From: Escherichia coli
GTDB taxonomy: Bacteria; Pseudomonadota; Gammaproteobacteria; Enterobacterales; Enterobacteriaceae
NCBI RefSeq assembly: GCF_003018255.1
Contig: NZ_CP027440.1
DNA: 64,000 bases
Strand: one strand, 5' to 3'
Part shown: positions 1-11,502 of the stretch, in pieces
How the letters are laid out: each line of letters starts with the position of its first letter
Position numbering within the stretch: the stretch's first letter is position 1
Program-made: the position numbers and the translations under genes
Notes under the pieces: model-generated
The model's input: the letters and a program-made list of their open reading frames with translations, nothing else
Told to the model about the DNA's origin: nothing
The model's database searches: none

Positions 1-102
1 AAGATCGGGCACCGGGCCGTTGCTGCTGGCAAAGTAAATCTGGCGCAGGGACAGCGGGCCGTTGATCAGGCGGGAGAGCAGATAGCTGACGTCGTGATAC
101 AT
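1..102 (-). CDS. yijO: 5' end (first 34 codons) of an AraC-family regulator; gene continues past the window edge
   Basis: Reverse-strand translation from ATG at 100-102 gives MYHDVSYLLSRLINGPLSLRQIYFASSNGPVPDL, matching the recalled YijO N-terminus; position upstream of eptC fits K-12 gene order. Confidence 0.55.
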   Translation of the reverse strand, partial: MYHDVSYLLSRLINGPLSLRQIYFASSNGPVPDL

Positions 103-212
103 GTTATTCCCTTAGGTATGTAGACGGGAAAACAGTAACTGGCATTATGAAAAAAGGCCACCTGAAAAGTGTGGCCTGATGGGAGTGAGATGTAAACATT
201 GCGGCAGTTTCA

Positions 213-310
<98 letters not shown>

Positions 311-327
311 TAACATCTGGCTGATAA

Positions 328-2061
328 TTACTGATTACCCACCTGATCGCCATACGGCAGAGTGTCGTAATCGATCAGTGCGTTTTTCTTATACGGGTTA
401 CCAATCCAGCGGGTAGTTTCTTTGAACTGCGGATTCACCACTGAACGGGTTGGATCGTAACCGTCGTAAGATAAGCCCGCCAAATCTGACCAGGTGTGGA
501 TCAGTTCCGCCAGGCTGTATTTACGATCAACATCCTGTGAGAAATCACGCGGATGAGTCGCTTGCCATTTTTCTGACGTCCACAGCAGGAACGGAATGGT
601 GTACATATGACGCGTCGGGTTGTCTTCATTACGCCCCTGAGTTTTGTGCGGCGGCGTGTCGTAAACCTCTTCACCGTGGTCAGAGAAATAAACCAGGAAA
701 CCGTTCGGATCGGTCGCTTTAAAGTCTTTAATCAGGCTGGCAACCACGTGATCGTTGTACAGGTTAGCATTGTCATAATCATTATATGACTCCAGCTCTT
801 CTGCGTTTAATCCCGGTGGAACATGCTCTGTATTACCGTCAAATTTGCCCTGATCTTCCGGATAACGGTACTTGTACTTGATATGCGTACCCAGCAGATG
901 AACGATGATCAGTTTCTTCGGCGCAGGGTCCTTCAGCACTTCCTGGAACGGCTTCAGCACGTTGGTGTCGTATTCACGCGCACTCTGCGTACGTTGCTGG
1001 TTCATGTAGTACTGCTTATCGGTCTGGCGCGAAAATACCGTCAGCATGGTATTGCGGGCGGTCATCGTCTGCTGGTTGGTGATCCAGAAGGTTTTATAAC
1101 CCGCCTGTTTCATCATGTTCATCAGCGACGGCTGCGTCAGATACAGATCCGGGTTCTTTTCATTGGCAAAGGTCAGCGCCTGTTGCAGGATTTCAATGGT
1201 GTACGGACGAGACGTAACCACGTTATTAAACACGGTCAGATTCGGATCGGTTTTATGCAGCGCATCCAGCTCCGGCGTGGTTTCACGCGGATAACCGTAC
1301 AGACTCATGCGTCCACGCTGGGTCGATTCGCCAATTACCAGCACTAAGGTGCGCGGTTCGTTACCCGATTCATCTTTGAAATTCGCCAGCGGCGGCAAGG
1401 CATTATTTTCATTCAGTAGCTTTGTTAGCGAGTTTAGTTGCTGACGATACTGATAATAGCCGGTCAGGAATTGCCACGGTGCGGCAGGCTCCATACGCGA
1501 TGCCAGGTTATCCAACGTTTTCTCAAATGGCTTGTTTTTGATAAACGTATTCATGGCGATCGGATGCAGAATCAAGCCATAAAGTAGGGCAAAAGAGACA
1601 ACATAACGCCACGGCTTTGGAATATAGACCGGGCGCAGGCGCGTCCACAGCAAAACTGCCACCGCCGTATAGGCCAGCGCGATAAGCACAATCTTCAGGC
1701 TGAAATACTGGCTTAAATACTCGCTGGCTTCGTTGGTGTTGGTTTCAAACATCACAAACAGAACGCTCTGCGAGAACTCCTGACCGTAGATGACGTAGTA
1801 GCACAACGCTGCCAGAGAGGCCGCCCATAGCACCACGCCGATCACTGCGGCAATAATTTTAATCCGCTTCGGAAAGAGGAATACCGGGATCAACCACAGC
1901 GAACTGAATAACAGCGAGTCGCGAATGCCGTTAGTGCCACTATAACCACTGATGTAAATAATGGCCTGTAGCAGAGTAGAGAAAAACCAAAAGTAGAGCA
2001 GTGCCCAACCCAGGGCCTTCCAGCTAAAAAGGGGTTTAGCCTGGACTTCTGTGGAATGCAT
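328..2061 (-). CDS. eptC: Phosphoethanolamine transferase EptC (577 aa)
   Basis: Six-frame ORF 328..2106; the internal Met giving MHSTEVQAKPLFSWKALGW matches the recalled EptC/YijP start; N-terminal TM segments plus sulfatase-like C-terminal domain. Confidence 0.9.
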   Translation of the reverse strand: MHSTEVQAKPLFSWKALGWALLYFWFFSTLLQAIIYISGYSGTNGIRDSLLFSSLWLIPVFLFPKRIKIIAAVIGVVLWAASLAALCYYVIYGQEFSQSVLFVMFETNTNEASEYLSQYFSLKIVLIALAYTAVAVLLWTRLRPVYIPKPWRYVVSFALLYGLILHPIAMNTFIKNKPFEKTLDNLASRMEPAAPWQFLTGYYQYRQQLNSLTKLLNENNALPPLANFKDESGNEPRTLVLVIGESTQRGRMSLYGYPRETTPELDALHKTDPNLTVFNNVVTSRPYTIEILQQALTFANEKNPDLYLTQPSLMNMMKQAGYKTFWITNQQTMTARNTMLTVFSRQTDKQYYMNQQRTQSAREYDTNVLKPFQEVLKDPAPKKLIIVHLLGTHIKYKYRYPEDQGKFDGNTEHVPPGLNAEELESYNDYDNANLYNDHVVASLIKDFKATDPNGFLVYFSDHGEEVYDTPPHKTQGRNEDNPTRHMYTIPFLLWTSEKWQATHPRDFSQDVDRKYSLAELIHTWSDLAGLSYDGYDPTRSVVNPQFKETTRWIGNPYKKNALIDYDTLPYGDQVGNQ

Positions 2062-2189
2062 AGTAAGAACCTGTCTTGAAAAAAATATCGCCGAATGTAA
2101 CGACAATTCCTTAAGGATATCTGAAGGGATATCCAGATTTTGAATAAAATGCAGACAGAAATATATTGAAAACGAGGGTGTTAGAACAG

Positions 2190-2230
2190 AAGTATTTCAG
2201 AAAACCCTCGCGCAAAAGCACGAGGGTTTG
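2190..2230 (-). terminator. Putative rho-independent terminator downstream of ppc
   Basis: GC-rich hairpin AAACCCTCG...CGAGGGTTT just after the ppc stop, followed by a short U-run on the transcribed strand. Confidence 0.5.
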
Positions 2231-2243
2231 CAGGAGAGGAAGA

Positions 2244-4895
2244 TTAGCCGGTATTACGCATACCTGCCGCAATCCCGGCAATAGTGACCATTAACGCCTG
2301 CTCGACGCGAGGATCCGGCTCATGGCCTTCTTTTTCTGCCTGGCGGGAGCGGTGCAGCAACTCGGCCTGCAATACGTTCAGCGGGTCGGTGTAAATATTC
2401 CGTAGCTGAATAGACTCTGCAATCCACGGCAGATCGGCCATCAGGTGAGAATCGTTGGCAATCGCCAGCACCACTTTGATGTCTTCTTCTTGCAGATTGC
2501 GTAACTCTTTACCTAACGGCCACAGTGCTTTGTCTACCAGGCGTTGGTCATAGTATTCCGCCAGCCACAGGTCTGCTTTGGCGAAGACCATCTCCAGCAT
2601 GCCGAGACGCGTCGAGAAGAATGGCCAATCGCGGCACATGGCTTCCAGCTCGCTCTGTTTGCCATCTTCGACCACTTTTTGCAGCGCCGTACCTGCACCC
2701 AGCCAGGCGGGGAGCATCAGGCGGTTTTGTGTCCAGGCAAAAATCCACGGAATAGCGCGCAGTGACTCAACGCCACCGGTCGGGCGACGTTTTGCCGGAC
2801 GTGAACCCAGCGGTAGTTTGCCGAGTTCCTGCTCCGGCGTGGCAGAGCGGAAGTAAGGCACAAAATCTTTGTTTTCACGCACGTAGCCGCGGTAGACATC
2901 GCATGAGATAACCGAAAGCTCATCCATAATGCGACGCCAGCTCTCTTTCGGCTCTGGCGGTGGCAGCAGGTTGGCTTCCAGAATCGCCCCGGTATACAGC
3001 GAAAGGCTGCTAACGGTGATTTCAGGCAGACCGTACTTGAAGCGGATCATCTCGCCCTGTTCGGTCACGCGCAGGCCGCCTTTCAGACTTCCTGGTGGTT
3101 GTGACAGCAGCGCCGCATGGGCAGGTGCGCCGCCGCGACCAATGGAACCGCCGCGACCGTGGAACAACGTTAGCTCAATACCCGCTTTTTCGCAGGTTTT
3201 GATTAATGCATCCTGTGCCTGATATTGCGCCCAGGAAGCTGCCATCACGCCCGCATCTTTTGCTGAGTCGGAATAGCCAATCATCACCATCTGTTTGCCC
3301 TGAATCAGGCCGCGATACCAGTCGATATTCAGCAGCTGGGTCATGACATCGTTGGCGTTGTTCAGGTCATCGAGGGTTTCAAACAGCGGAGCAACCGGCA
3401 TCGCAAACCCGATACCCGCTTCTTTCAGCAGCAGGTGGACAGCCAGCACGTCGGACGGCGTTTTCGCCATCGAGATCACGTAGGCGGCAATGGAGCCTTG
3501 CGGTGCTTCGGCAATCACCTGGCAGGTATCGAGCACTTCGCGCGTTTCGGCGCTTGGTTGCCAGTTGCGCGGTAGAAGCGGACGTTTGGAGTTCAGTTCG
3601 CGGATCAGGAACGCCTGTTTGTCGGCTTCTGACCAGCTCTCGTAGTCGCCGATACCGAGGTAGCGGGTCAGCTCGCCCAGCGCTTCGGTATGGCGGGTGC
3701 TCTCCTGACGGATATCAATACGGACCAGCGGTACGCCGAAACATTTCACGCGGCGCAGGGTGTCGAGCAGATCGCCGTTGGCGATAATACCCATGCCACA
3801 CGCCTGAAGTGACTGGTAGCAAGCGTAGAGCGGTTCCCACAGTTCTTCGTTTTGTGTCAGCAGGCCTTCTGGTTTTGGCAGTTCTTCGCCTTTCAGGCGC
3901 GCTTCCAGCCATGCCTGTGTCGCCATCAGGCGAGAACGCAGGTTTTTCATCAGATAGCGATACGGTTCTGCGGCACCTTCTTCGCCAACCAGCGCCAGCA
4001 GTTCAGGGGTCGCTTCAACCATCGACAGTTCAGAAACCAGCACCTGAATATCTTTCAGGAACAGATCGGTGGCTTTCCAGCGACTGAGCAGCAGGACGTG
4101 GCGGGTGATATCGGCAGTGACGTTCGGGTTGCCGTCGCGGTCACCGCCCATCCACGAGGTAAAACGGACCGGAACAAATTCGACGGGCAGTTTGTAGCCG
4201 AGATTCTCTTCCAGTTGTTCGTTCAGTTCGCGCAGGTAATTCGGTACGCCTTGCCACAGGCTGTTTTCTACTACGGCAAAGCCCCATTTGGCTTCATCTA
4301 CCGGGCTTGGACGCAGCTTACGGATTTCATCTGTATGCCATGACTGGGCGATCAACTGGCGCAGGCGGCGCATCAGCTGGTTATGTTCGTAGTCGGCGAT
4401 ATCTTTGTTATCGAGCTGTTTTAAGCAGGCGTTCACTTCCACCATTTTGTGGATCAGTGTACGACGGGTAATTTCGGTTGGGTGAGCCGTGAGGACCAGT
4501 TCCAGCGACAGCGATTCCACTGCTTTTTTGATGGTGTCTTCGCTCAGTTCCGGCTGGTTTTTCAGTTTACGCAGGGTGCGGGCGATCACTTCCGGGTTGC
4601 TGGCAGCTTCGCCTTTCGGCGAAATGCTGTGGTATTGCTCAGCGGTGTTGGCCAGGTTCAGGAACTGACTAAACGCACGCGCAACGGGCAGCAGCTCGTC
4701 GTTCGACAAATTTTGTAAGGTGGTGAGCAACTCCTGGCGGTTAGCATCATTGCCAGCGCGTGAAGATTTCGACAACTTACGGATAGTTTCTACGCGTTCA
4801 AGAATGTGTTCTCCCAACGCATCCTTGATGGTTTCTCCCAGCACTTTGCCGAGCATACTGACATTACTACGCAATGCGGAATATTGTTCGTTCAT
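2244..4895 (-). CDS. ppc: Phosphoenolpyruvate carboxylase (883 aa)
   Basis: Full-length ORF; [31 protein letters not shown]-terminus and C-terminal ...MRNTG are the canonical Ppc sequence. Confidence 0.97.
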   Translation of the reverse strand: MNEQYSALRSNVSMLGKVLGETIKDALGEHILERVETIRKLSKSSRAGNDANRQELLTTLQNLSNDELLPVARAFSQFLNLANTAEQYHSISPKGEAASNPEVIARTLRKLKNQPELSEDTIKKAVESLSLELVLTAHPTEITRRTLIHKMVEVNACLKQLDNKDIADYEHNQLMRRLRQLIAQSWHTDEIRKLRPSPVDEAKWGFAVVENSLWQGVPNYLRELNEQLEENLGYKLPVEFVPVRFTSWMGGDRDGNPNVTADITRHVLLLSRWKATDLFLKDIQVLVSELSMVEATPELLALVGEEGAAEPYRYLMKNLRSRLMATQAWLEARLKGEELPKPEGLLTQNEELWEPLYACYQSLQACGMGIIANGDLLDTLRRVKCFGVPLVRIDIRQESTRHTEALGELTRYLGIGDYESWSEADKQAFLIRELNSKRPLLPRNWQPSAETREVLDTCQVIAEAPQGSIAAYVISMAKTPSDVLAVHLLLKEAGIGFAMPVAPLFETLDDLNNANDVMTQLLNIDWYRGLIQGKQMVMIGYSDSAKDAGVMAASWAQYQAQDALIKTCEKAGIELTLFHGRGGSIGRGGAPAHAALLSQPPGSLKGGLRVTEQGEMIRFKYGLPEITVSSLSLYTGAILEANLLPPPEPKESWRRIMDELSVISCDVYRGYVRENKDFVPYFRSATPEQELGKLPLGSRPAKRRPTGGVESLRAIPWIFAWTQNRLMLPAWLGAGTALQKVVEDGKQSELEAMCRDWPFFSTRLGMLEMVFAKADLWLAEYYDQRLVDKALWPLGKELRNLQEEDIKVVLAIANDSHLMADLPWIAESIQLRNIYTDPLNVLQAELLHRSRQAEKEGHEPDPRVEQALMVTIAGIAAGMRNTG

Positions 4896-5137
4896 ATTAC
4901 CCCAGACACCCCATCTTATCGTTTGATAGCCCTGTATCCTTCACGTCGCATTGGCGCGAATATGCTCGGGCTTTGCTTTTCGTCGTCTTTTATAAAGCCA
5001 CGTAAAAGCGGTGACGTCAAATGCTGCGAAATCGCTTCAGCAAACGAATAAATAGCAGGAATTTACGCCATTAAATTCATGACGCTTTAAATAAGCGTAA
5101 CTTATGGGAATGTTAAAAAATCGCCTCGAGTAACACC

Positions 5138-5195
5138 AAAGGTGTAGGTCGGATAAGATGCGTAAGCATCGCATCCGACATTGTTTGGCCTACGT
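5138..5195. repeat. REP element
   Basis: GGTGTAGGTCGGATAAGATGCG...GCATCCGACA palindromic REP consensus between ppc and argE. Confidence 0.65.
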
Positions 5196-5196
5196 T

Positions 5197-6348
5197 TTAA
5201 TGCCAGCAAAAATGGTGAATCACCTGGGTGATCAGTTCGCGGGTGGGCTTGATAAACCTCGTCTCCAGATATTCATCAGGCTGATGAGCCTGATTAATTG
5301 AGCCAGGCCCCAGAACCAGCGTCGGGCATAACGTTTGAATAAACGGCGCTTCGGTACAGTAATTCACCACTTCGGTCTTTGCTCCGAGCAATTTCTCAAC
5401 CACTTCAACCAGTTTATGATTCGGTGGGCATTCATAGCCAGGGATCGGCGGATGCAGCTCGTCGACCGTCAGACGACCCGGCCAGCGTTCGCTCACTGGA
5501 GCCAATGCATCGTTGAGCAAACCATTAAGTTCATTGAGTGTCATGCCTGGCAGCGGACGAATATCCATATGCAACTCACAGCAAGCACAAATACGGTTAG
5601 AAGCGTCGCCACCGTGGATATGCCCGAGGTTGAGCGTAGGGTATGGCACGGTAAACGCGTCGTAGTGATAACGTTCTTTCAGGTTATCGCGCAATTGCAA
5701 AATATGCCCGATGGCGTCGTGCATCAGTTCGATAGCGTTAACTCCGCGTGCTGGATCGCTGGAGTGGCCCGACTGGCCCTGAATACGGATGGCGTTAGAG
5801 ATATGACCTTTATGCGCGCGTACCGGTTGCAGCGACGTTGGCTCGCCAATGATGGCGCAATCCGGGCGCAGGGCGGTAGTTTCGGCAAAATAACGCGCTC
5901 CGGCCATACTGGTTTCTTCATCGGCAGTCGCCAGAATGTAGAGCGGTTTTGCAAGCTTCGTGACGTCGACATCGCGTAGCGCATCAAGGATAAACGCAAA
6001 AAAGCCTTTCATGTCGGCGGTGCCTAAGCCGTAAAGCTTGCCGTCATGCTCCGTCAACGTAAATGGATCGCGCGTCCAGCGTCCGTCATCAAATGGCACC
6101 GTATCGGTATGCCCCGCCAGCAACAAACCGCCAGCCCCCTGTCCGCAACTGGCCAGCATATTAAATTTGTTGCGAGTTCCTGGCACAGGCTGTACTTCCA
6201 CATTGAAGCCTAAATCCTTAAACCAGTCCGCCAGCAGAGTGATTAAATCTGCATTGCTTTGATCGAGTGCCTCTTCCGTGGCGCTTATTGAAGGTGTGGC
6301 AATCAGAGCACGGTAAATCTCGATAAATGGCGGTAATTTGTTTTTCAT
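5197..6348 (-). CDS. argE: Acetylornithine deacetylase ArgE (383 aa)
   Basis: ORF 5197..6387; the internal Met giving [23 protein letters not shown] matches the ArgE start; M20 peptidase family. Confidence 0.93.
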   Translation of the reverse strand: MKNKLPPFIEIYRALIATPSISATEEALDQSNADLITLLADWFKDLGFNVEVQPVPGTRNKFNMLASCGQGAGGLLLAGHTDTVPFDDGRWTRDPFTLTEHDGKLYGLGTADMKGFFAFILDALRDVDVTKLAKPLYILATADEETSMAGARYFAETTALRPDCAIIGEPTSLQPVRAHKGHISNAIRIQGQSGHSSDPARGVNAIELMHDAIGHILQLRDNLKERYHYDAFTVPYPTLNLGHIHGGDASNRICACCELHMDIRPLPGMTLNELNGLLNDALAPVSERWPGRLTVDELHPPIPGYECPPNHKLVEVVEKLLGAKTEVVNYCTEAPFIQTLCPTLVLGPGSINQAHQPDEYLETRFIKPTRELITQVIHHFCWH

Positions 6349-6367
6349 TGTTGACACACCTCTGGTC

Positions 6368-6412
6368 ATGATAGTATCAATATTCATGCAGTATTTATGA
6401 ATAAAAATACAC
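6368..6412. promoter_or_regulatory. Divergent argE/argCBH control region with ARG-box-like ArgR operator
   Basis: AT-rich TGAAT...ATTCA-type ARG-box motifs (TATTCATGCAGTATTTATGAATAAAAATACA) between the divergent argE and argC starts. Confidence 0.6.
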
Positions 6413-6501
6413 TAACGTTGAGCGTAATAAAACCCACCAGCCGTAAGGTGAATGTTTTACGTTTAACCTGGCAACCAGACATAAGAAGGTGAATAGCCCC
6501 G

Positions 6502-7506
6502 ATGTTGAATACGCTGATTGTGGGTGCCAGCGGCTACGCTGGCGCAGAGCTAGTGACCTATGTAAATCGCCATCCGCATATGAACATAACCGCTTTGACT
6601 GTTTCAGCGCAAAGCAATGATGCGGGAAAGTTAATCTCCGATTTGCATCCGCAGCTAAAAGGCATCGTTGATCTGCCGTTGCAGCCGATGTCGGATATCA
6701 GCGAGTTTAGCCCAGGGGTGGACGTGGTGTTTCTCGCCACCGCCCATGAAGTCAGCCACGATTTAGCGCCGCAATTTCTTGAAGCAGGCTGTGTGGTGTT
6801 CGACCTTTCCGGCGCGTTTCGTGTTAACGATGTCGCCTTCTATGAAAAATATTACGGCTTTACCCATCAATACCCGGAACTGCTGGAACAGGCAGCCTAC
6901 GGTCTGGCGGAGTGGTGCGGTAATAAATTAAAAGAAGCGAACTTGATTGCCGTGCCAGGCTGTTATCCGACGGCAGCACAGCTGGCGCTGAAACCGTTGA
7001 TTGATGCCGATCTTCTTGACCTCAATCAGTGGCCGGTGATCAACGCCACCAGCGGCGTGAGCGGTGCAGGACGTAAGGCAGCGATTTCAAATAGTTTTTG
7101 TGAAGTTAGCCTGCAACCGTATGGCGTCTTTACCCATCGCCATCAACCAGAGATCGCCACACACCTCGGTGCTGACGTTATCTTCACCCCGCATCTGGGC
7201 AATTTCCCGCGCGGCATTCTCGAAACCATTACCTGCCGCCTGAAACCGGGTGTGAGCCAGGTGCAAGTGGCGCAAGCGTTACAGCAGGCGTATGCCCATA
7301 AACCACTGGTGCGGCTGTATGACAAAGGCGTTCCGGCGCTGAAAAATGTCGTTGGACTGCCATTCTGCGATATCGGTTTTGCCGTTCAGGGCGAGCATCT
7401 GATTATTGTGGCGACCGAAGACAACTTACTGAAAGGCGCGGCGGCACAAGCGGTGCAGTGCGCCAATATTCGTTTCGGCTATGCGGAAACGCAGTCTCTT
7501 ATTTAA
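6502..7506 (+). CDS. argC: N-acetyl-gamma-glutamyl-phosphate reductase ArgC (334 aa)
   Basis: Full [20 protein letters not shown] start; conserved catalytic Cys region (PGCYPTA). Confidence 0.95.
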
Positions 7507-7513
7507 GGGTGCA

Positions 7514-8290
7514 ATGATGAATCCATTAATTATCAAACTGGGCGGCGTACTGCTGGATAGTGAGGAGGCGCTGGAACGTCTGTTTAGTGCACTGGTGAAT
7601 TATCGTGAGTCACATCAGCGTCCGCTGGTGATTGTCCACGGTGGCGGCTGCGTAGTGGATGAGTTGATGAAAGGGCTGAATCTGCCGGTGAAAAAGAAAA
7701 ATGGCCTGCGGGTGACGCCTGCTGATCAGATTGACATTATCACCGGAGCACTGGCGGGAACGGCAAATAAAACCCTGCTGGCATGGGCGAAGAAACATCA
7801 GATTGCGGCCGTAGGTTTGTTTCTCGGTGACGGCGACAGCGTCAAAGTGACCCAGCTTGATGAAGAGTTAGGCCATGTTGGACTGGCGCAGCCAGGTTCG
7901 CCTAAGCTTATCAACTCATTGCTGGAGAACGGTTATCTGCCGGTGGTCAGCTCCATTGGCGTAACAGACGAAGGGCAACTGATGAACGTCAATGCCGATC
8001 AGGCGGCAACGGCGCTGGCGGCAACGCTGGGCGCGGATCTGATTTTGCTCTCCGACGTCAGTGGCATTCTCGACGGCAAAGGGCAACGTATTGCCGAAAT
8101 GACCGCCGCGAAAGCAGAACAACTGATTGAGCAGGGTATTATTACTGACGGCATGATAGTGAAAGTGAACGCGGCGCTGGATGCTGCGCGCACGTTGGGC
8201 CGTCCGGTAGATATCGCCTCCTGGCGTCATGCGGAACAGCTTCCGGCACTGTTTAACGGTATGCCGATGGGTACGCGGATTTTAGCTTAA
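7514..8290 (+). CDS. argB: Acetylglutamate kinase ArgB (258 aa)
   Basis: ORF 7481..8290; the internal start giving [24 protein letters not shown] matches ArgB; immediately follows argC. Confidence 0.95.
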
Positions 8291-8350
8291 GTTTTGTTGG
8301 CCGGAGGCGCAGCTTTCCGGCATTGAATTTCAAAATAAGGAAACAGAGTT

Positions 8351-9724
8351 ATGGCACTTTGGGGCGGGCGTTTTACCCAGGCAGCAGATCAACGGTTCAA
8401 ACAATTCAACGACTCACTGCGCTTTGATTACCGTCTGGCGGAGCAGGATATTGTTGGCTCTGTGGCCTGGTCCAAAGCCCTGGTAACGGTCGGCGTGTTA
8501 ACCGCAGAAGAGCAGGCGCAACTGGAAGAGGCGCTGAACGTGCTGCTGGAAGATGTTCGCGCCAGGCCACAACAAATCCTTGAAAGCGACGCCGAAGATA
8601 TCCATAGCTGGGTGGAAAGCAAACTGATCGACAAAGTGGGTCAGTTAGGCAAAAAACTGCATACCGGGCGTAGCCGTAATGATCAGGTAGCAACTGACCT
8701 GAAACTGTGGTGCAAAGATACCGTTAGCGAGTTGCTGACGGCTAACCGGCAGTTACAATCCGCTCTGGTCGAGACCGCGCAGAACAATCAGGACGCGGTG
8801 ATGCCGGGTTACACTCACCTGCAACGCGCCCAGCCGGTGACGTTCGCTCACTGGTGCCTGGCCTACGTTGAGATGCTGGCGCGTGATGAAAGCCGTTTGC
8901 AGGACGCGCTTAAGCGTCTGGATGTCAGCCCGCTAGGCTGTGGCGCACTGGCAGGAACGGCCTATGAAATCGACCGTGAACAGTTAGCAGGCTGGCTGGG
9001 CTTTGCTTCGGCGACCCGTAACAGTCTCGACAGCGTTTCTGACCGTGACCATGTGCTGGAACTGCTTTCTGCTGCCGCTATCGGCATGGTGCATCTGTCG
9101 CGTTTTGCTGAAGATCTGATTTTCTTTAACACCGGCGAAGCGGGGTTTGTGGAGCTTTCTGACCGTGTGACTTCCGGTTCATCATTAATGCCGCAGAAGA
9201 AAAACCCGGATGCGCTGGAGCTGATTCGCGGTAAATGCGGTCGGGTGCAGGGGGCGTTAACCGGCATGATGATGACGCTGAAAGGTTTGCCGCTGGCTTA
9301 CAACAAAGATATGCAGGAAGACAAAGAAGGTCTGTTCGACGCGCTCGATACCTGGCTGGACTGCCTGCATATGGCGGCGCTGGTGCTGGACGGCATTCAG
9401 GTGAAACGTCCGCGTTGCCAGGAAGCGGCGCAGCAGGGTTACGCCAACGCTACTGAACTGGCGGATTATCTGGTGGCGAAAGGCGTACCGTTCCGCGAGG
9501 CGCACCATATTGTGGGTGAAGCTGTGGTGGAAGCCATTCGTCAGGGCAAAGCGTTGGAAGATCTGCCGCTCAGTGAGTTGCAGAAATTCAGCCAGGTGAT
9601 TGGCGAAGATGTCTATCCGATTCTGTCGCTGCAATCGTGCCTCGACAAGCGTGCTGCAAAAGGCGGCGTCTCACCGCAGCAGGTGGCGCAGGCGATTGCT
9701 TTTGCGCAAGCTCGGTTAGAGTAG
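8351..9724 (+). CDS. argH: Argininosuccinate lyase ArgH (457 aa)
   Basis: Full [36 protein letters not shown] start; fumarate-lyase signature [12 protein letters not shown] present. Confidence 0.97.
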   Translation: MALWGGRFTQAADQRFKQFNDSLRFDYRLAEQDIVGSVAWSKALVTVGVLTAEEQAQLEEALNVLLEDVRARPQQILESDAEDIHSWVESKLIDKVGQLGKKLHTGRSRNDQVATDLKLWCKDTVSELLTANRQLQSALVETAQNNQDAVMPGYTHLQRAQPVTFAHWCLAYVEMLARDESRLQDALKRLDVSPLGCGALAGTAYEIDREQLAGWLGFASATRNSLDSVSDRDHVLELLSAAAIGMVHLSRFAEDLIFFNTGEAGFVELSDRVTSGSSLMPQKKNPDALELIRGKCGRVQGALTGMMMTLKGLPLAYNKDMQEDKEGLFDALDTWLDCLHMAALVLDGIQVKRPRCQEAAQQGYANATELADYLVAKGVPFREAHHIVGEAVVEAIRQGKALEDLPLSELQKFSQVIGEDVYPILSLQSCLDKRAAKGGVSPQQVAQAIAFAQARLE

Positions 9725-9764
9725 TTTGTTTATATTGCTCCCCTGAAAATGGGGAGCTTACCAC

Positions 9765-9821
9765 GCCTACAAAGTGCGACACTTCGTAGGCGGATAAGGC
9801 GTTTACGCCGCATCAGGCAGA
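9765..9821. repeat. REP element downstream of argH
   Basis: CGCCTACAAAGTGCGACACTTCGTAGGCGGATAAGGCGTTTACGCCGCATCAGGCAG palindromic REP-like unit. Confidence 0.6.
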
Positions 9822-10221
9822 AATTTGTCAGTATTCTGGTGACCTTAAATTTAACGCCCAACCAGAACCATTATTTGTCACATTCCTTTTTATTCTTGCG
9901 TCTTCTTTACCTTCACTCTCCCCATAAAAATTATATTTTCAATACATCAGCCAATACATACTTTAATTAATTGAATATAATTCATTTCTATTGCTGTGTT
10001 CATTTTTAATGATTAATGGAGTTTGTTATGTGATTATTTAACGTGTTGTTTTAACGATGATAGCTAATTATTCAGGTGGTTTTTGAGGGTGTTTTTTCTC
10101 CTCGGTAGAAATTTTTATTTTTAATGTGATCATGGTTGAATAATCGCTCTTTCTCTCTTGTATGGTAGTAGGCGCAAAATTAAGTTTGAAACGTCTATTT
10201 ACAACACAGGAGATTGCAATA

Positions 10222-11436
10222 ATGAAAATTATTGCTGCAGATGTTTTTGTTACTTGCCCAGGGCGTAATTTCGTTACGCTTAAAATAACCACTGCAAGCG
10301 GACTTTGTGGATTAGGAGATGCCACGTTAAATGGTCGCGAATTGTCGGTCGCTTCTTATCTGAAAGATCATCTTTGTCCACAACTAATTGGCCGCGATGC
10401 CAGCCGTATCGAAGATATCTGGCAATTCTTTTATAAAGGTGCTTACTGGCGACGTGGCCCCGTCACGATGTCAGCCATTTCTGCCATTGATATGGCGTTG
10501 TGGGATATCAAAGCAAAAGCGGCAAATATGCCATTGTATCAACTGCTTGGTGGTGCTTCTCGTGAAGGCGTTATGGTTTATTGCCACACCACCGGGCGTA
10601 CGATTGATGAAGTCCTTGAAGACTATGCAAAGCACCAGCAGATGGGCTTTAAGGCGATTCGTGTGCAGTGTGGTGTACCGGGTATGCAAACCACCTATGG
10701 TCTGGCGAAGGGCAAAGGACTGGCGTATGAACCAGCAACCAAAGGCCTGTGGCCAGAAGAGCAGTTGTGGTCTTCAGAAAAGTATCTCGATTTTACGCCG
10801 AAGTTATTTGAAGCGGTGCGTAATAAGTTCGGTTTTAACGAACATCTGTTGCATGACATGCACCATCGCCTGACCCCCATCGAAGCGGCGCGCTTTGGGA
10901 AGAGCATTGAAGATTACCGCCTGTTCTGGATGGAAGATCCGACGCCTGCCGAGAATCAGGAATGTTTTCGTCTGATTCGTCAGCATACCGTGACGCCGAT
11001 TGCGGTCGGTGAAGTGTTTAACAGTATCTGGGACTGCAAGCAGTTAATCGAAGAGCAGCTGATTGACTATATTCGCACGACGATTACCCATGCAGGCGGC
11101 ATTACCGGGATGCGACGGATTGCCGATTTTGCATCGCTTTATCAGGTACGTACCGGTTCGCATGGCCCTTCAGATTTATCGCCTGTTTGCCATGCGGCGG
11201 CGCTGCATTTTGACCTCTGGGTGCCAAACTTTGGCGTTCAGGAGTACATGGGCTATTCCGAACAAATGCTTGAAGTCTTCCCGCATAGCTGGCGCTTCGA
11301 TGAAGGTTATATGCACCCAGGCGATGAACCGGGGCTGGGTATTTCTTTCGATGAGAAACTGGCGGCGAAATATCCGTATGACCCGGCGTATCTCCCCGTC
11401 GCACGACTGGAAGATGGCACATTGTGGAACTGGTAA
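10222..11436 (+). CDS. Enolase-superfamily dehydratase, RspA / D-mannonate dehydratase (ManD) subgroup paralog (404 aa); accessory gene
   Basis: ORF 10162..11436; RBS AGGAG 10 nt upstream of ATG 10222; product [47 protein letters not shown]... is near-colinear with recalled E. coli RspA; putative metal-ligand/catalytic motifs [20 protein letters not shown] present. Confidence 0.85.
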   Translation: MKIIAADVFVTCPGRNFVTLKITTASGLCGLGDATLNGRELSVASYLKDHLCPQLIGRDASRIEDIWQFFYKGAYWRRGPVTMSAISAIDMALWDIKAKAANMPLYQLLGGASREGVMVYCHTTGRTIDEVLEDYAKHQQMGFKAIRVQCGVPGMQTTYGLAKGKGLAYEPATKGLWPEEQLWSSEKYLDFTPKLFEAVRNKFGFNEHLLHDMHHRLTPIEAARFGKSIEDYRLFWMEDPTPAENQECFRLIRQHTVTPIAVGEVFNSIWDCKQLIEEQLIDYIRTTITHAGGITGMRRIADFASLYQVRTGSHGPSDLSPVCHAAALHFDLWVPNFGVQEYMGYSEQMLEVFPHSWRFDEGYMHPGDEPGLGISFDEKLAAKYPYDPAYLPVARLEDGTLWNW

Positions 11437-11502
11437 TAGCGGTTCGCTTAATTATTTTCTGAATATTCATCAAATCGATTAATTCCGCTCAAGGAGCTAA
11501 AA

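Noticed and set aside
823-1347. 174-aa plus-strand ORF inside eptC
   Set aside because: Antisense to eptC, no start context, Arg/Leu-rich low-complexity product.
9749-10325. Small ORFs in the AT-rich island leader (9749-9970 plus; 10068-10325 minus)
   Set aside because: Low-complexity, stop-poor frames in AT-rich DNA without RBS; the second overlaps the dehydratase start region. Treated as non-coding regulatory DNA.
10388-11482. Alternative-frame ORFs inside the dehydratase gene (10388-10873 plus, 11063-11482 plus, 11102-11473 minus)
   Set aside because: The dehydratase frame is colinear with RspA over its full length; these are shadow ORFs.
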